This document shows positions 47,177-57,503 of a stretch of 64,000 bases of DNA, piece by piece. The first letter of the stretch is position 1; each line of letters begins with the position of its first letter. The translations under genes and the position numbers were made by a program. This stretch comes from Candidatus Woesearchaeota archaeon (GTDB lineage: Archaea > Nanobdellota > Nanobdellia > Woesearchaeales > UBA12501). The notes beneath the pieces are model-generated. The model made no database searches. It saw nothing but the letters and a program-made list of their open reading frames with translations, and was not told the origin of the DNA. The stretch spans positions 89,630 through 153,629 of the forward strand of contig JAUSFM010000014.1 of assembly GCA_030651375.1 (NCBI GenBank), given 5' to 3'.

Positions 47177-49135
47177 ATGAAGCGCCAGAAAAAGACCGAA
47201 GCACGAGCCGAAGCAACGGCTGCAGCAATGGTGGCAACAGGAGAAACACGTCCGCCATTGATATTCAAAACCACGAAAGATCTAGTGGTGCCCGGCCGCA
47301 TGGTGGACCAGGTTATCGGCCAAGACGAGGCAGTCAATATTATCAAAAAAGCAGGACTCCAACGCCGCCATGTACTCCTTATCGGTGAGCCGGGTACAGG
47401 CAAATCAATGCTGGGCATGGCGCTTGCAGAACTGCTTCCCAAAGAAAAACTGGCTGACATTCTTGCCTATCCAAATCCGAATGATGAAAACCAGCCGCTC
47501 ATCCGCACGGCTGCCGCAGGCACGGGCAGAACGCTCGTGGCGCAGGCACGCCTTGAAAGCAATGGTGTGTTCAAAAACCAGAACATGATTTTTCTGATTA
47601 TTGCTATTGCGATTTCACTCGTGCCGTATTATTTGTACAGCAGGAAAATATTTCCGTTTGACAGCCCAGTCATTTATGCAGCATCAATGATTACCGGCGT
47701 CGTTTTTGTGCTGGGAATTATTCTCTTTATCAATCTCGGCAAGCGCGTGATGCCGAAAATCAATGTGCCAAAAATTGTGGTTGATAATTTTGGAAAAAAA
47801 GAAGCACCCTTTTTGGATGCAACCGGCGGACATGCCGGAGCACTGCTCGGTGACTGCCTGCACGACCCGTTCCAGACCGGCGGACTGGGCACGCCGGCGC
47901 ATGAGCGCATAGTAGCAGGCATGATTCACAAGGGGCATATGGGCGTGCTGTTTATCGACGAAATCGCTACGCTCCAGCCCCACACGCAGCAGGAACTGCT
48001 CACGGCAATGCAGGAAGGCAAGTACGCAATCACTGGCCAGAGCGAACGCAGCGCCGGCGCCATGGTCAGGACTGAAGCAGTGCCCTGCAATTTTATTCTC
48101 GTTGCCGCGGGCAATCTTGAAACACTCAAACACATGCACCCTGCGTTGCGCTCGCGCATTCGCGGGTATGGGTACGAAGTGTACATGAAAGAAACAATGA
48201 AGGACACGCCTGAAAACCGGGCACTCATCGCACGCCTCGTTGCACAGGAAGTGGTAAAGGACAAACGCATCCCGCATTTTACGCAGCAAGCAGTTGAAGT
48301 GATGGTGCAGGAAGCACGCAAAATGGCAAACCGCAAAGGCCACATCACGCTTCGGCTCCGTGAGCTCGGTGGACTGGTACGCGCTGCAGGAGACCTCGCT
48401 CTTGAAAGAAAACATCCAGCAGTCTCAGGGCAGGACGTGCTCGACGCGAAAAAATATGCGCGCACGCTGGAAAAACAGCTCGCGGACCAGCTGATTGAGC
48501 GCAGAAAAGAATATGAAGTTATCATCATTGAAGGCAAGCGAGTAGGACGAGTGAACGGGCTTGCTGTTATGGGCGGCGAAACAGGAATTTACTCAGGCAT
48601 TATTCTCCCCATTGAAAGCCAGGTCACGCCGGGCGGCAAGGAACGCCAAGTGGTCGCCACCGGAAAACTCGGTGAAATTGCCAAAGAGGCAATCAAAAAT
48701 GTTACTGCTATCATTAAAAAATATTTCGGCGAAGACATCAAGGAAAAACATGACATTTACGTCCAGTTTCTGCAGACCTATGAAGGGGTTGAGGGAGACA
48801 GCGCGAGCATTGCGGTTGCAACGTCAATTATTTCCGCGCTGAAAAATATCCCGGTGCGCCAAGACACGGCAATGACCGGAAGCCTTTCAGTGCGGGGCGA
48901 TGTGCTGCCTGTGGGCGGGGTGAGCGCAAAAGTGGAAGCGGCCATTGACTCAGGCCTGACGCAGGTTATTGTGCCACGATGCAATGTGCAGGACATTGTC
49001 GTGACTGAAGAAAAACTGAAGCTCATCAAAATTATTCCGGTTGATACCATCTCGCAAGTCCTGAAAGAAGCTCTGGATTGGAAGGGCAAGGAATCAGTGC
49101 TGAAGAAGATTATCGCGATGAATGGAAATAAGTAA
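47177..49135 (+). CDS. lonB: archaeal membrane Lon protease (LonB)
   Basis: [10 protein letters not shown] insert, LFIDEI, EGDSAS catalytic Ser and downstream Lys. Confidence 0.95.
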   Translation: MKRQKKTEARAEATAAAMVATGETRPPLIFKTTKDLVVPGRMVDQVIGQDEAVNIIKKAGLQRRHVLLIGEPGTGKSMLGMALAELLPKEKLADILAYPNPNDENQPLIRTAAAGTGRTLVAQARLESNGVFKNQNMIFLIIAIAISLVPYYLYSRKIFPFDSPVIYAASMITGVVFVLGIILFINLGKRVMPKINVPKIVVDNFGKKEAPFLDATGGHAGALLGDCLHDPFQTGGLGTPAHERIVAGMIHKGHMGVLFIDEIATLQPHTQQELLTAMQEGKYAITGQSERSAGAMVRTEAVPCNFILVAAGNLETLKHMHPALRSRIRGYGYEVYMKETMKDTPENRALIARLVAQEVVKDKRIPHFTQQAVEVMVQEARKMANRKGHITLRLRELGGLVRAAGDLALERKHPAVSGQDVLDAKKYARTLEKQLADQLIERRKEYEVIIIEGKRVGRVNGLAVMGGETGIYSGIILPIESQVTPGGKERQVVATGKLGEIAKEAIKNVTAIIKKYFGEDIKEKHDIYVQFLQTYEGVEGDSASIAVATSIISALKNIPVRQDTAMTGSLSVRGDVLPVGGVSAKVEAAIDSGLTQVIVPRCNVQDIVVTEEKLKLIKIIPVDTISQVLKEALDWKGKESVLKKIIAMNGNK

Positions 49136-49146
49136 ACGCACTGAAC

Positions 49147-51231
49147 TCATCGCCGTGCCCCTACTTCTTTTCCTTCAGGTGTATATTTCTTGACATCGAT
49201 AACGCTCTCAACATTGCGGATGAGCGTGGTGAGCTGGTCAATGCCCACTGCTGGAGGAACATCCAGTTTGAACGTGATAACAACATTGTCTTTTTTGCTG
49301 CGTGTGTTCACCGCAAGCACATTAATGCCCTGGCGCGCAATGAGATTCAGAACCTGTGCCAGCAAGCCAACACGGTCATGGACCACGACTTTCAGTTTCT
49401 GAATGTTTTCAGTGTCGTCTTCTTTCCATGCTGCAACAAGCGCCTGGCTCTGGTTCAGCGTTGCGCTGTTCGGGCAGGCCTTTGCGTGAATCGTTATCTT
49501 TTTTTCTTTGGTCAAAAACGCGAGAATCGGCGTCTTGAATAGTGGTGCGCAACATTTTGAAAATTTAATCTGCGCCGGCTTCGGCTTCATGCCACTGATG
49601 ATTATTTTTTCTTTGAGCCGCACGCTAATGGGCGAGGCATCATCGTCTGCGCCCGAGACATCGGTCTTGATGTTAAGGATTGTTTTTATCTTACTGCGCG
49701 CCTTGCTACTTTTCACAAACGAAAGCCATGCCCGCGCTGGATGCGCATTGCGCTGGAGGGTGATATTAACGACATCGCCGCTTTTCAGCAGCGTGTCAAG
49801 CGCCACATTGAAGCCATTGACCTCGGCCCTGGTGCAGTGATTGCCAACGTTGGTATGGACGGCGTAGGCAAAATCAACCGGCGTTGATGCCTCCGGAAGA
49901 GAAATCGGGTCGCCTTTCGGCGTAAAGACGACAATTTCATTTTCAAACAAGTCAATGCGCAGGGTTTCGACAAACTCTTGCGCAGTTTTTGATTCCTGCT
50001 TCCATTCGAGCAGCTGCTTCAGCCAGCTCAGCTTCCGGTCAAACCGCTTGTCGCGTTCGCTGCCTTTGTACCGCCAGTGCGCAGCAATGCCCTCCTCGGC
50101 GAGGTTGTGCATTTCTTTTGTTCGTATCTGAATTTCAATAATTTTTCCGTGCGGGCTCACCACCGAGGTGTGCAGTGACTGGTAGCCGTTTGCCTTGGGC
50201 ACTGAAAGATAATCTTTGAACCTGCCGGGAATCGGCTTCCAAAGCTCATGCACTATGCCAAGCGCTGCGTAACATTCAGGAACCGTGCTCACGACGATAC
50301 GAATGGCGATAAGGTCGTAAATTTCTGAGAAATCTTTTTGTTTTTTCTTCATCTTTTGGTAGATGCTGTAAAAATATTTTGCCCGGCCAACAACATCCGC
50401 GGCAATCTGCGCTGCTTCTAATTTTTTGTGGATATGGGAAATAAGTTCCTTGGTATTTTTTTCGCGCTCTGCTCTTTTTTCTGAAATGCGCGCGCGTATT
50501 TTGTGGTACGATTCAGGCTCAACAACTTTGAACGCGAGGTCTTCAAGTTCGCCTTTCATCGAGCGCATGCCAAGCTTGTGCGCAATCGGCGCATAGATGT
50601 TCATTGTTTCTTGGGCAATGCGCTGTATTTTTTCGGGCCGGAATCCGCTCGTGCCGAGCGTGCGCATGTTATGGAGCCGATCAGCCAACTTGATGAGAAT
50701 AACGCGCACATCCTTTGCCGTGGCGAGGAGGATTTTCCGGATGTTTTCAGCAGTGTATTGCTCTTTTGACTCAAAGCGTATCTGAATTTTGGTCACGCCA
50801 TCAACCAGCGAGGATATTTCCTCACCGAATTCCTTTTTCAGCTGCTCGATGGTGACGCCGCAGTCTTCGACACAGTCGTGCAGCAGGGCGGCGCATAAGC
50901 TTGCTGAATCCGCCTTGAACGCCATGAGAATCGATGCTGTTTCAAGCGGGTGGATAAAATAGAATTCTCCTGAACTTCGCGTCTGGCCATGGTGCGCGTT
51001 GTGCGCAAAAATAAATGCTTTTTTCAGCTTGGAAAGGTCGGCATGGTGGTTATACTCCAAGACCTTTTTGAGAAATGTCTCGCAGCTTTCATGCGTGTGC
51101 GTGCCTTGGTCAAACGCGCGGATTTCTTCAAGCAGGTGTTCGGGGATAGAGGGAGTAGAGTGTGCCATGGCGGTGCCATTTTTTCCATTGCGCTTTAAAA
51201 GCGTTGTTAGGGAGGTTATCACGTCAGCCAT
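49147..51231 (-). CDS. rel: long bifunctional RelA/SpoT homolog (HD, SYNTH, TGS, ZFD, ACT)
   Basis: LLHDCVED, KLADRLHNMRT, RFKDY, YQSLHT, EIQIRT, DFAYAVHT, KCC...H...C and DRVGLL motifs. Confidence 0.93.
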   Translation of the reverse strand: MADVITSLTTLLKRNGKNGTAMAHSTPSIPEHLLEEIRAFDQGTHTHESCETFLKKVLEYNHHADLSKLKKAFIFAHNAHHGQTRSSGEFYFIHPLETASILMAFKADSASLCAALLHDCVEDCGVTIEQLKKEFGEEISSLVDGVTKIQIRFESKEQYTAENIRKILLATAKDVRVILIKLADRLHNMRTLGTSGFRPEKIQRIAQETMNIYAPIAHKLGMRSMKGELEDLAFKVVEPESYHKIRARISEKRAEREKNTKELISHIHKKLEAAQIAADVVGRAKYFYSIYQKMKKKQKDFSEIYDLIAIRIVVSTVPECYAALGIVHELWKPIPGRFKDYLSVPKANGYQSLHTSVVSPHGKIIEIQIRTKEMHNLAEEGIAAHWRYKGSERDKRFDRKLSWLKQLLEWKQESKTAQEFVETLRIDLFENEIVVFTPKGDPISLPEASTPVDFAYAVHTNVGNHCTRAEVNGFNVALDTLLKSGDVVNITLQRNAHPARAWLSFVKSSKARSKIKTILNIKTDVSGADDDASPISVRLKEKIIISGMKPKPAQIKFSKCCAPLFKTPILAFLTKEKKITIHAKACPNSATLNQSQALVAAWKEDDTENIQKLKVVVHDRVGLLAQVLNLIARQGINVLAVNTRSKKDNVVITFKLDVPPAVGIDQLTTLIRNVESVIDVKKYTPEGKEVGARR

Positions 51232-51302
51232 AAGCATCAACTGGTTGAGCCAGTGGTCGGTGGATGGTAGAGTAAGATTTATAATCTTTTTGGTGTCTCG
51301 CC

Positions 51303-52343
51303 ATGTTTATGGCACCTAAAAAGCAACTTTGCCTCGGCATTGAAACAACCGCGCATACCTTCGGCGCCAGCGTTGTAGAGAGCACGGGAAAGATTCTATC
51401 GAATGAGAAAGATGCCTTTCAGACCGCCCGCGGAGGAATGATTCCATTTCAGGTAGCCCAGCACCATGTCGAAATCTGCGACGCAGTCATTACAAAGGCG
51501 CTGGCCGCTGCAGGCGCGGAAATAACTGATATCGACGTCATTGCGATCTCTTCATCGCCAGGCATCGGCCCCATGCTTCGCATCGGGTGTACCGCTGCAC
51601 GTTCACTTGCTGGATTGTATAAAAAGCCGCTTGTGCCCGTCAACCACTGCATTGCCCACCTTGAGATTGGCCGGCTTGTGAGCAAGGCAAAAGACCCGGT
51701 GCTGCTGTACGCCTCCGGCGCGAATACCCAGGTCATCGCATTTGAAGGGGGGAAATATCGCGTGTTTGGCGAAACGCTTGACATCGGCGTTGGAAATTTT
51801 CTGGATACGTTTGCACGGCACGCTAAACTCGGCTTTCCCGGCGGGCCAAAAATCGAGAAGCTTGCCGCTGCCTGCAAAAACAAGGAAAAACTTGTCGAGT
51901 TGCCGTACTGCGTCAAGGGCATGGACGTGACCTTCGGCGGCATGCTGACAAACATACAACAAAAATATGACCGCAGAGAGTATGCACTTGAAGATATTTC
52001 GTATGCAGTGCAGGAAACCGCCTTTGCCATGCTCGTCGAAATCAGTGAACGCGCGCTGGCGCATACTGGAAAAACAGAACTCGTGCTCGGCGGCGGCGTT
52101 GCCTGTAACAAACGGCTGCAGGAAATGTGCCGCATCATGTGTGAAGAACGAGGCGCGCAATGCTACTGTCCTGAAAACCAATTTCTGGTTGATAACGCTG
52201 CAATGATTGCGTGGACGGGACTACTCGAATACAACGCAGGAATAAAAATCGAGTGGCAGCACGCTGCACAACTGAAGAAGGATCCCTATTTGCGAACGGA
52301 TGAGGCGGATATACCGTGGCGGCTTCAGCCAAACACTCTCTGA
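51303..52343 (+). CDS. kae1: tRNA t6A threonylcarbamoyltransferase Kae1
   Basis: GIETTAHT, VNHCIAH, SGANTQ, GETLD, GGGVACN and DNAAMIA motifs. Confidence 0.95.
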   Translation: MFMAPKKQLCLGIETTAHTFGASVVESTGKILSNEKDAFQTARGGMIPFQVAQHHVEICDAVITKALAAAGAEITDIDVIAISSSPGIGPMLRIGCTAARSLAGLYKKPLVPVNHCIAHLEIGRLVSKAKDPVLLYASGANTQVIAFEGGKYRVFGETLDIGVGNFLDTFARHAKLGFPGGPKIEKLAAACKNKEKLVELPYCVKGMDVTFGGMLTNIQQKYDRREYALEDISYAVQETAFAMLVEISERALAHTGKTELVLGGGVACNKRLQEMCRIMCEERGAQCYCPENQFLVDNAAMIAWTGLLEYNAGIKIEWQHAAQLKKDPYLRTDEADIPWRLQPNTL

Positions 52344-53128
52344 TAATTCATAAAAATTGCGTTGGCTGTTTCCGTCACGTCAAACCCTTTTATCTCTGCA
52401 ATCTTTTTGATGCTCAGAGCAATATTTGCCGGCTCATTTCGCTCGCCTTTCACCGGCCCCAAATAGGGCGCATCGGTTTCAGTGAATAGCTGGTTGATGT
52501 TGATTCGTTTGGTGAGTTCCTGAAACTGGGATGAAAACACCACATTTGTTGGTATCGAAAAATTGAACCCTGCGTCAGCAGCTTTCATCGCCAGCTTGAT
52601 TGCGCCGCCGAAACAATGCATCACTATGTTGACGGGCTTGATTGATGAGGACTGAAGCATGTCGATGCACTCTTTCTCTGCACTTCTCGAATGAATGATA
52701 ATTGGCTTTTTTAATTTTTCAGCAGCAGCAATCATCTGCTCAAACAATGGTTTTTGCTGGTCAAGAAATCCCTTAATCGTAAAATTATCAAGCCCTACTT
52801 CGCCGATGGCGACAATCTTGTTTTTTTCCTTTTTTCCTTCGCGCAGTATCCATGCAACTTCCGCATCGACGTCAAACCGCGGGAGCGCCAGAGGAAAGCG
52901 CGCGTTTTTTGTATGGTCCCAGAGAATGTTGACAGGATAAATGCCAACCGCGGCATACACGCTTGAATATTTTTGTGCCAATGAAATGCACGCCCGGTTT
53001 GTTTCCGTGTCGAGGCCGTTGGTAATACTGCGCTTCACACCGGCTTTTTCAGCCCGGGCAACTACCGCAGCGCAGTCTTTTTCAAACTGCGCGTCAAAAA
53101 GATGCGTGTGCACGTCAACGAGGTTCAT
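52325..53128 (-). CDS. tatD: TatD family deoxyribonuclease
   Basis: DVHTH, IGEVGLD, IHSR, MHCF and ETDAPYL motifs. Confidence 0.92.
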   Translation of the reverse strand: MNLVDVHTHLFDAQFEKDCAAVVARAEKAGVKRSITNGLDTETNRACISLAQKYSSVYAAVGIYPVNILWDHTKNARFPLALPRFDVDAEVAWILREGKKEKNKIVAIGEVGLDNFTIKGFLDQQKPLFEQMIAAAEKLKKPIIIHSRSAEKECIDMLQSSSIKPVNIVMHCFGGAIKLAMKAADAGFNFSIPTNVVFSSQFQELTKRININQLFTETDAPYLGPVKGERNEPANIALSIKKIAEIKGFDVTETANAIFMNYQRVFG

Positions 53129-53173
53129 GGATTTTCAGAAGCAGGCGCGCTATTTAAAGATTTGGATACCGAT

Positions 53174-53731
53174 TTAGAGTAACGCCTTGAGCAGTATCTC
53201 GGCAAACTTAGTGAAGAAAATATAATTGAAGATAACGCCGCCAACTGCAGAGGTAAAAGAGGAAAGCGGATTGTATCCAAACACGAACACGTACATAAAA
53301 AACAAAATCACATACAGCACAGCGGACAATCCGATGCCGACCCATACAATGTTTGCTGACGAAAAAAAAAGCGCAATGACGAGCAGGAAACCATACACGA
53401 CCATCTTGCCAAACATGGTTGCGCAGATTCTGCCGGTGGTAATATGCGAAATAAGAATCATCAGCACCATGCTGATGACGCCCACCCACACGCTGAATGT
53501 GAAAGTTAGAATGAGCGAGAAAAAAGTGATCAGCTCAAAGCCAATCGGCACATTCACTATCCGTTTATAGATAGTGGAAAGCCCGCCGAGAATAATCAGC
53601 CCAAGCACAATCAGCGGTTTTCTGAAGAGCACCACAAAGAGCAAAGCGAGGAGGACGAGAATATAAGTGAGCATGTGTTTCTTAAACTCGTGCACAATTT
53701 TTTGGGTATTTTTTGTGTCCATATTATCCAC
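53174..53731 (-). CDS. hypothetical membrane protein (paralog of 53724-54329)
   Basis: About 6 TM segments; IGFELITFF motif. Confidence 0.75.
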   Translation of the reverse strand: MDNMDTKNTQKIVHEFKKHMLTYILVLLALLFVVLFRKPLIVLGLIILGGLSTIYKRIVNVPIGFELITFFSLILTFTFSVWVGVISMVLMILISHITTGRICATMFGKMVVYGFLLVIALFFSSANIVWVGIGLSAVLYVILFFMYVFVFGYNPLSSFTSAVGGVIFNYIFFTKFAEILLKALL

Positions 53732-54329
53732 CCAAGAGCCGCACCAGCGGCTCGCCGAAACGTGCGAACAGGAAATAATTCACCGCCAAATTGATGAGGA
53801 TAGTAACCGGCCCCCAGAAAAAGCTGAACTGTGACAAGAAACCCCAGACAAAGAAAAAAACAAGGTTCATAATCACCGCAAGAATCATGCCAATGACGAC
53901 AATGTTATAGCCCGACAAGAAGTAGGCCAGCAGACAGAGAAGCGGGTAGACCGCAAACTTTGCCAGCGTGTACACTGGCTCGCGCACGGACAGAAAATCA
54001 CCGAGCGCAATCATGGCAATGGTTGCGATGCTCGCGACCAGCGGGCCGTAGGCATACGTCAATACGATGGCAAAAAAAGTGTACAGCTCAATGCCAAGAG
54101 ACACGATGGTGAACCGTTTGTGGAGCGCGACGAGCGCCGCAAGGAGCACCATCATGAGGATGGTAAAAATGGTGACGAATGTTTTCCTGAATACAATGAC
54201 GAGAATTAGAAACAAAAACAGGAAGAGATAGGACTTCAAGCGCGTGCGCTGGACGAGATTTTTCAGCGCAGTATTCAATGCTTTCAGCTTTTGAATCCGT
54301 GCCTGCGCTACGTTGAAAGGAATCTTCAT
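53724..54329 (-). CDS. hypothetical membrane protein
   Basis: About 6 TM segments; LGIELYTFF motif. Confidence 0.75.
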   Translation of the reverse strand: MKIPFNVAQARIQKLKALNTALKNLVQRTRLKSYLFLFLFLILVIVFRKTFVTIFTILMMVLLAALVALHKRFTIVSLGIELYTFFAIVLTYAYGPLVASIATIAMIALGDFLSVREPVYTLAKFAVYPLLCLLAYFLSGYNIVVIGMILAVIMNLVFFFVWGFLSQFSFFWGPVTILINLAVNYFLFARFGEPLVRLLGG

Positions 54330-54351
54330 AATCGTTAAAAAAACCTATTCC

Positions 54352-55299
54352 CTATTTAATGTTTGCGATGCGCTCTTTCACCGCGCCATAAATTAAGGGC
54401 AGCGCAATCGTCGCGTCACAGATGACATCAACAAAGTCTGCTTTGACATTCATCTTGCCCCATGAGATTCCTTCTTTTAGGGGAGCGCCGCTGCTGCCGC
54501 CGGGCTCGGGATGGTCGGTGGTTATTTGCACGCCGTACGTCGCTGCGTTGGGCGCGAGCTGCATTGCCTGTTGGATATAATTTTTCGGCACGCCGCCGCC
54601 AATGTAGATGACGCCTGCTTTTTTCGTGTCCCACGCAATGTCCATGATTGATTTCAAGTCCTCAAATGCTTTTACCTGGGCTTTTTTTCCTTTTGCCAAC
54701 TGGCCCCATATCATCAGCCCGATGCCGGAGTCGGCCAATGCAGGACAGAAAATCGGAATGTTTTTTTCTGCGCACATTTTGAGGATTGAATCTTCTGGTG
54801 TGCATGTCAGAAGGCCGCCAACAGTTTTGAGGAGCTCAGGTATTGTTTCGATTGTCGAAAGCGTTTCAAAATGTTTTTCAAAAAAATCCTCGAGCCCCTC
54901 GTAGATGGTGTTGGGCATGAAGCTGTCAAACATGCGGTAGATATGCTGTTCGTTTAATTCTTTGTCATCTGCTATTTCAGTGCCGTGGTTGTGGTGATAC
55001 CCCAATGCTTCAGCCATGTCATGCGTCAGTGTTGCGCCGGTGGTGACGAATACCTTGATTCTACCGGACGCGAGCATATCGATGATGACTTTTTTCATGC
55101 CGCCCGGCACCATGGCGCCGGCGACGCCGAGGAAAATGGTACATTCATTGTCGCGGAACATTTTTTCCATGATGTCTGCTGCTTTCGCAACTCTGCCGGC
55201 ACCCATGACGGCGTTGCCCATTTCTTTGACAAGCTGGTTCACGCTCATGTTGGGAGCAAGGGCGATGTGCTTGATTGGACGGATGTTGGTCGAATTCAT
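54352..55299 (-). CDS. dys: deoxyhypusine synthase
   Basis: TTGATLTHD, PALADSGIG, GGGVPKN, SGAPLKEGISWGK and DATIALP motifs. Confidence 0.92.
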   Translation of the reverse strand: MNSTNIRPIKHIALAPNMSVNQLVKEMGNAVMGAGRVAKAADIMEKMFRDNECTIFLGVAGAMVPGGMKKVIIDMLASGRIKVFVTTGATLTHDMAEALGYHHNHGTEIADDKELNEQHIYRMFDSFMPNTIYEGLEDFFEKHFETLSTIETIPELLKTVGGLLTCTPEDSILKMCAEKNIPIFCPALADSGIGLMIWGQLAKGKKAQVKAFEDLKSIMDIAWDTKKAGVIYIGGGVPKNYIQQAMQLAPNAATYGVQITTDHPEPGGSSGAPLKEGISWGKMNVKADFVDVICDATIALPLIYGAVKERIANIK

Positions 55300-55401
55300 G
55301 ACGGTTGGGGAAGCCAGTTTATTTATATATGTTTGGGGAAGGTATTTAAAGGAAAATCAAACAACAAAATTTATAAAACCGTGCCCATCCCCGCTCGTAC
55401 T

Positions 55402-55872
55402 ATGGCAATTATCGGATTTAACTTTACCAAGATGCACGTTGAGCGCAAGGCACCTATTGCCGGCAAGATTTCAGTCAAGAATAACGTTTCTATCAAAGAC
55501 GTTGAAAAAAACGACTTCAACTTTGGCAAGGTAAAGCAAACCGGCCTGAAGTTTACATTCGAATTTACGGTTGACTACGAGCCAAAAATTGCAGACATCC
55601 TTCTTGAAGGCGAAGTGATTGACTTACAGGACGAGAAGCGCGCTGACGCTATTGTCAAAGAATGGAAGAAAAGCAAAAAGCTCGAGCCTGCAATCATGAC
55701 CTCCATTTTGAACACCGTGTTGAGCAAGGCAAACGTGCAGGCACTTATTATGAGCAGAGACATGAACCTTCCGCCGCCCATTCCGCTGCCGAAAGTAAAT
55801 GTACGGGGAAGCGGGAACACAAACGACACGGACGCGATGGAGTCTAATGAGACGGTTGAAGTGAAGAAGTGA
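55402..55872 (+). CDS. conserved archaeal hypothetical protein
   Basis: MAIIGFNFTKMHVER...NLPPPIPLPKV; TATA (TTTATAAA) about 25 bp upstream. Confidence 0.75.
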   Translation: MAIIGFNFTKMHVERKAPIAGKISVKNNVSIKDVEKNDFNFGKVKQTGLKFTFEFTVDYEPKIADILLEGEVIDLQDEKRADAIVKEWKKSKKLEPAIMTSILNTVLSKANVQALIMSRDMNLPPPIPLPKVNVRGSGNTNDTDAMESNETVEVKK

Positions 55873-55955
55873 GCAACAGAGTACCTGTACTAATTAGAAA
55901 AGATTAGAAGAATAAAAAAATTCTATCGGCGAATTCCGACAAAGAGATTCAACCA

Positions 55956-57500
55956 TTATCTCACACTCCCTATTCCTGCACCGATTGTTTTCGACAACGC
56001 TCGCGCTGGTTCATAACTTGGATCAATGCGAAGTACCGTAGCAACAGCGTGGCGTGCTCCTGCATAATTTCGTTGTCGTGCAAGCAGTTGCGCCATTTCA
56101 TAATGCGCGCGGATATGTTGCGGATCTGCGACCACGACTTGGTTAAATGCAGTTATTGCTCCGGTAACATCTCCCTTGACTGCCCGCTGGCAGCCAAACA
56201 TGTAGGTACCGACGAGACGCTGCTCGCGAACGGTATCTTTGGGCAGGCGCTGAAATGCGGCAAGCGCTTCAGTATTTCTGCCATAGCGCATAAGGCGAAC
56301 CGCTGCTTCATATCCGTTTCCTTTTGTAAGCCGTTCATAGAGCTCTGCAGTTTTACCTGCAACGGTTTTGATACTATATTCTGTTGCTGCGGTTGTTTGT
56401 GCGCGACGGCACATAGTGCCTGCTTCTCGCCCGTCGAGTTTTCCCATAACTTGCACAACTGTATCGGTTAATGAGCGTGTGGTTGGCTGCATGCCCCATG
56501 CCAGTCCCGGGTCAACAAACAATTCTTTAGGTGCACTATTTGCAGTGATAGCAACAGGAATGCCACGAATCATAGCGTCTGCTGCTGACAGACTGAAACT
56601 TTCATAATCGCTGGGCACGAGCACGAGGTCTGCTCGGCGGTACCATTCACCCAATTTCACCGGATCCATTATTCGCCCTGCAAAATAAACATCGCCTGCA
56701 ACTGCTCCCAATCGAGTGGCCATATAGTTTTTGATGTTCGGATTTCCATCACCTACAATGACAAGCCGCGCGCGCTTGCGCAGTGCGGTGCGTGCATGCT
56801 GATGAATTGCTGGGAACGCTTCAGCAATGCGCTCAAGCCCCTTGCGTTCGGCAATGCGCCCGACATACAAAAGCACAAGGTCATCAGGGGAAATAGGTGG
56901 CGCACCGGGTGCGGTTGTTCGCCGTAAGGTATCCCGTGTTCCGTGTTCTAAGGGAAGTTCAACACCATTGGGAATAAGGATTGTTTTTTCGCGCAAATCC
57001 TTACGCCCATTAATGACTGATTCCCTGCCAAAAACTGAAAAACACACGAGCGCGTCTGAAGCATCATACACGCGAAAGCGGGTGTCATGGGGATTATGTT
57101 GCTGCTTTGGGTCCATAAGCACAAAATGAGTAGTAGTCACTTTTGGCACGCCGGCAAACCGGCGCTCAATCGCATCCATGCCGCCGTACGGCTCGCCGAA
57201 ATAAATGCCGTGAAAGTGAACCACGTCATACGCGCCCGGCGGAACGCTTTGAAGAAAAGAGTCAATTGATGGAAACGTCCGTTTCGGCATTGTTTCAGGG
57301 CGCTGCGTTGATGGCGCATACAAATGGACGCTGCGGTTGACCAGCGTGCCGTTTTGTTTGTACGGAAAAAAAGTTGCAACAGCTGCTTCAACCCTCCCCT
57401 GCTGATTGAGTTCTTTAAATAAGAGTTCGGTAACTGCTCCAACGCCGCCGTGCATGCGTGTTGCAAAAGGGCTCATGAAGAGAATTTTTGGTTTCGCCAT
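55956..57500 (-). CDS. GT4 glycosyltransferase with C-terminal TPRs
   Basis: IPNGV, YVGRIAERKG, PSDYESFSLSAADAM; TPR-like C-terminus. Confidence 0.85.
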   Translation of the reverse strand: MAKPKILFMSPFATRMHGGVGAVTELLFKELNQQGRVEAAVATFFPYKQNGTLVNRSVHLYAPSTQRPETMPKRTFPSIDSFLQSVPPGAYDVVHFHGIYFGEPYGGMDAIERRFAGVPKVTTTHFVLMDPKQQHNPHDTRFRVYDASDALVCFSVFGRESVINGRKDLREKTILIPNGVELPLEHGTRDTLRRTTAPGAPPISPDDLVLLYVGRIAERKGLERIAEAFPAIHQHARTALRKRARLVIVGDGNPNIKNYMATRLGAVAGDVYFAGRIMDPVKLGEWYRRADLVLVPSDYESFSLSAADAMIRGIPVAITANSAPKELFVDPGLAWGMQPTTRSLTDTVVQVMGKLDGREAGTMCRRAQTTAATEYSIKTVAGKTAELYERLTKGNGYEAAVRLMRYGRNTEALAAFQRLPKDTVREQRLVGTYMFGCQRAVKGDVTGAITAFNQVVVADPQHIRAHYEMAQLLARQRNYAGARHAVATVLRIDPSYEPARALSKTIGAGIGSVR

Positions 57501-57503
57501 GGT

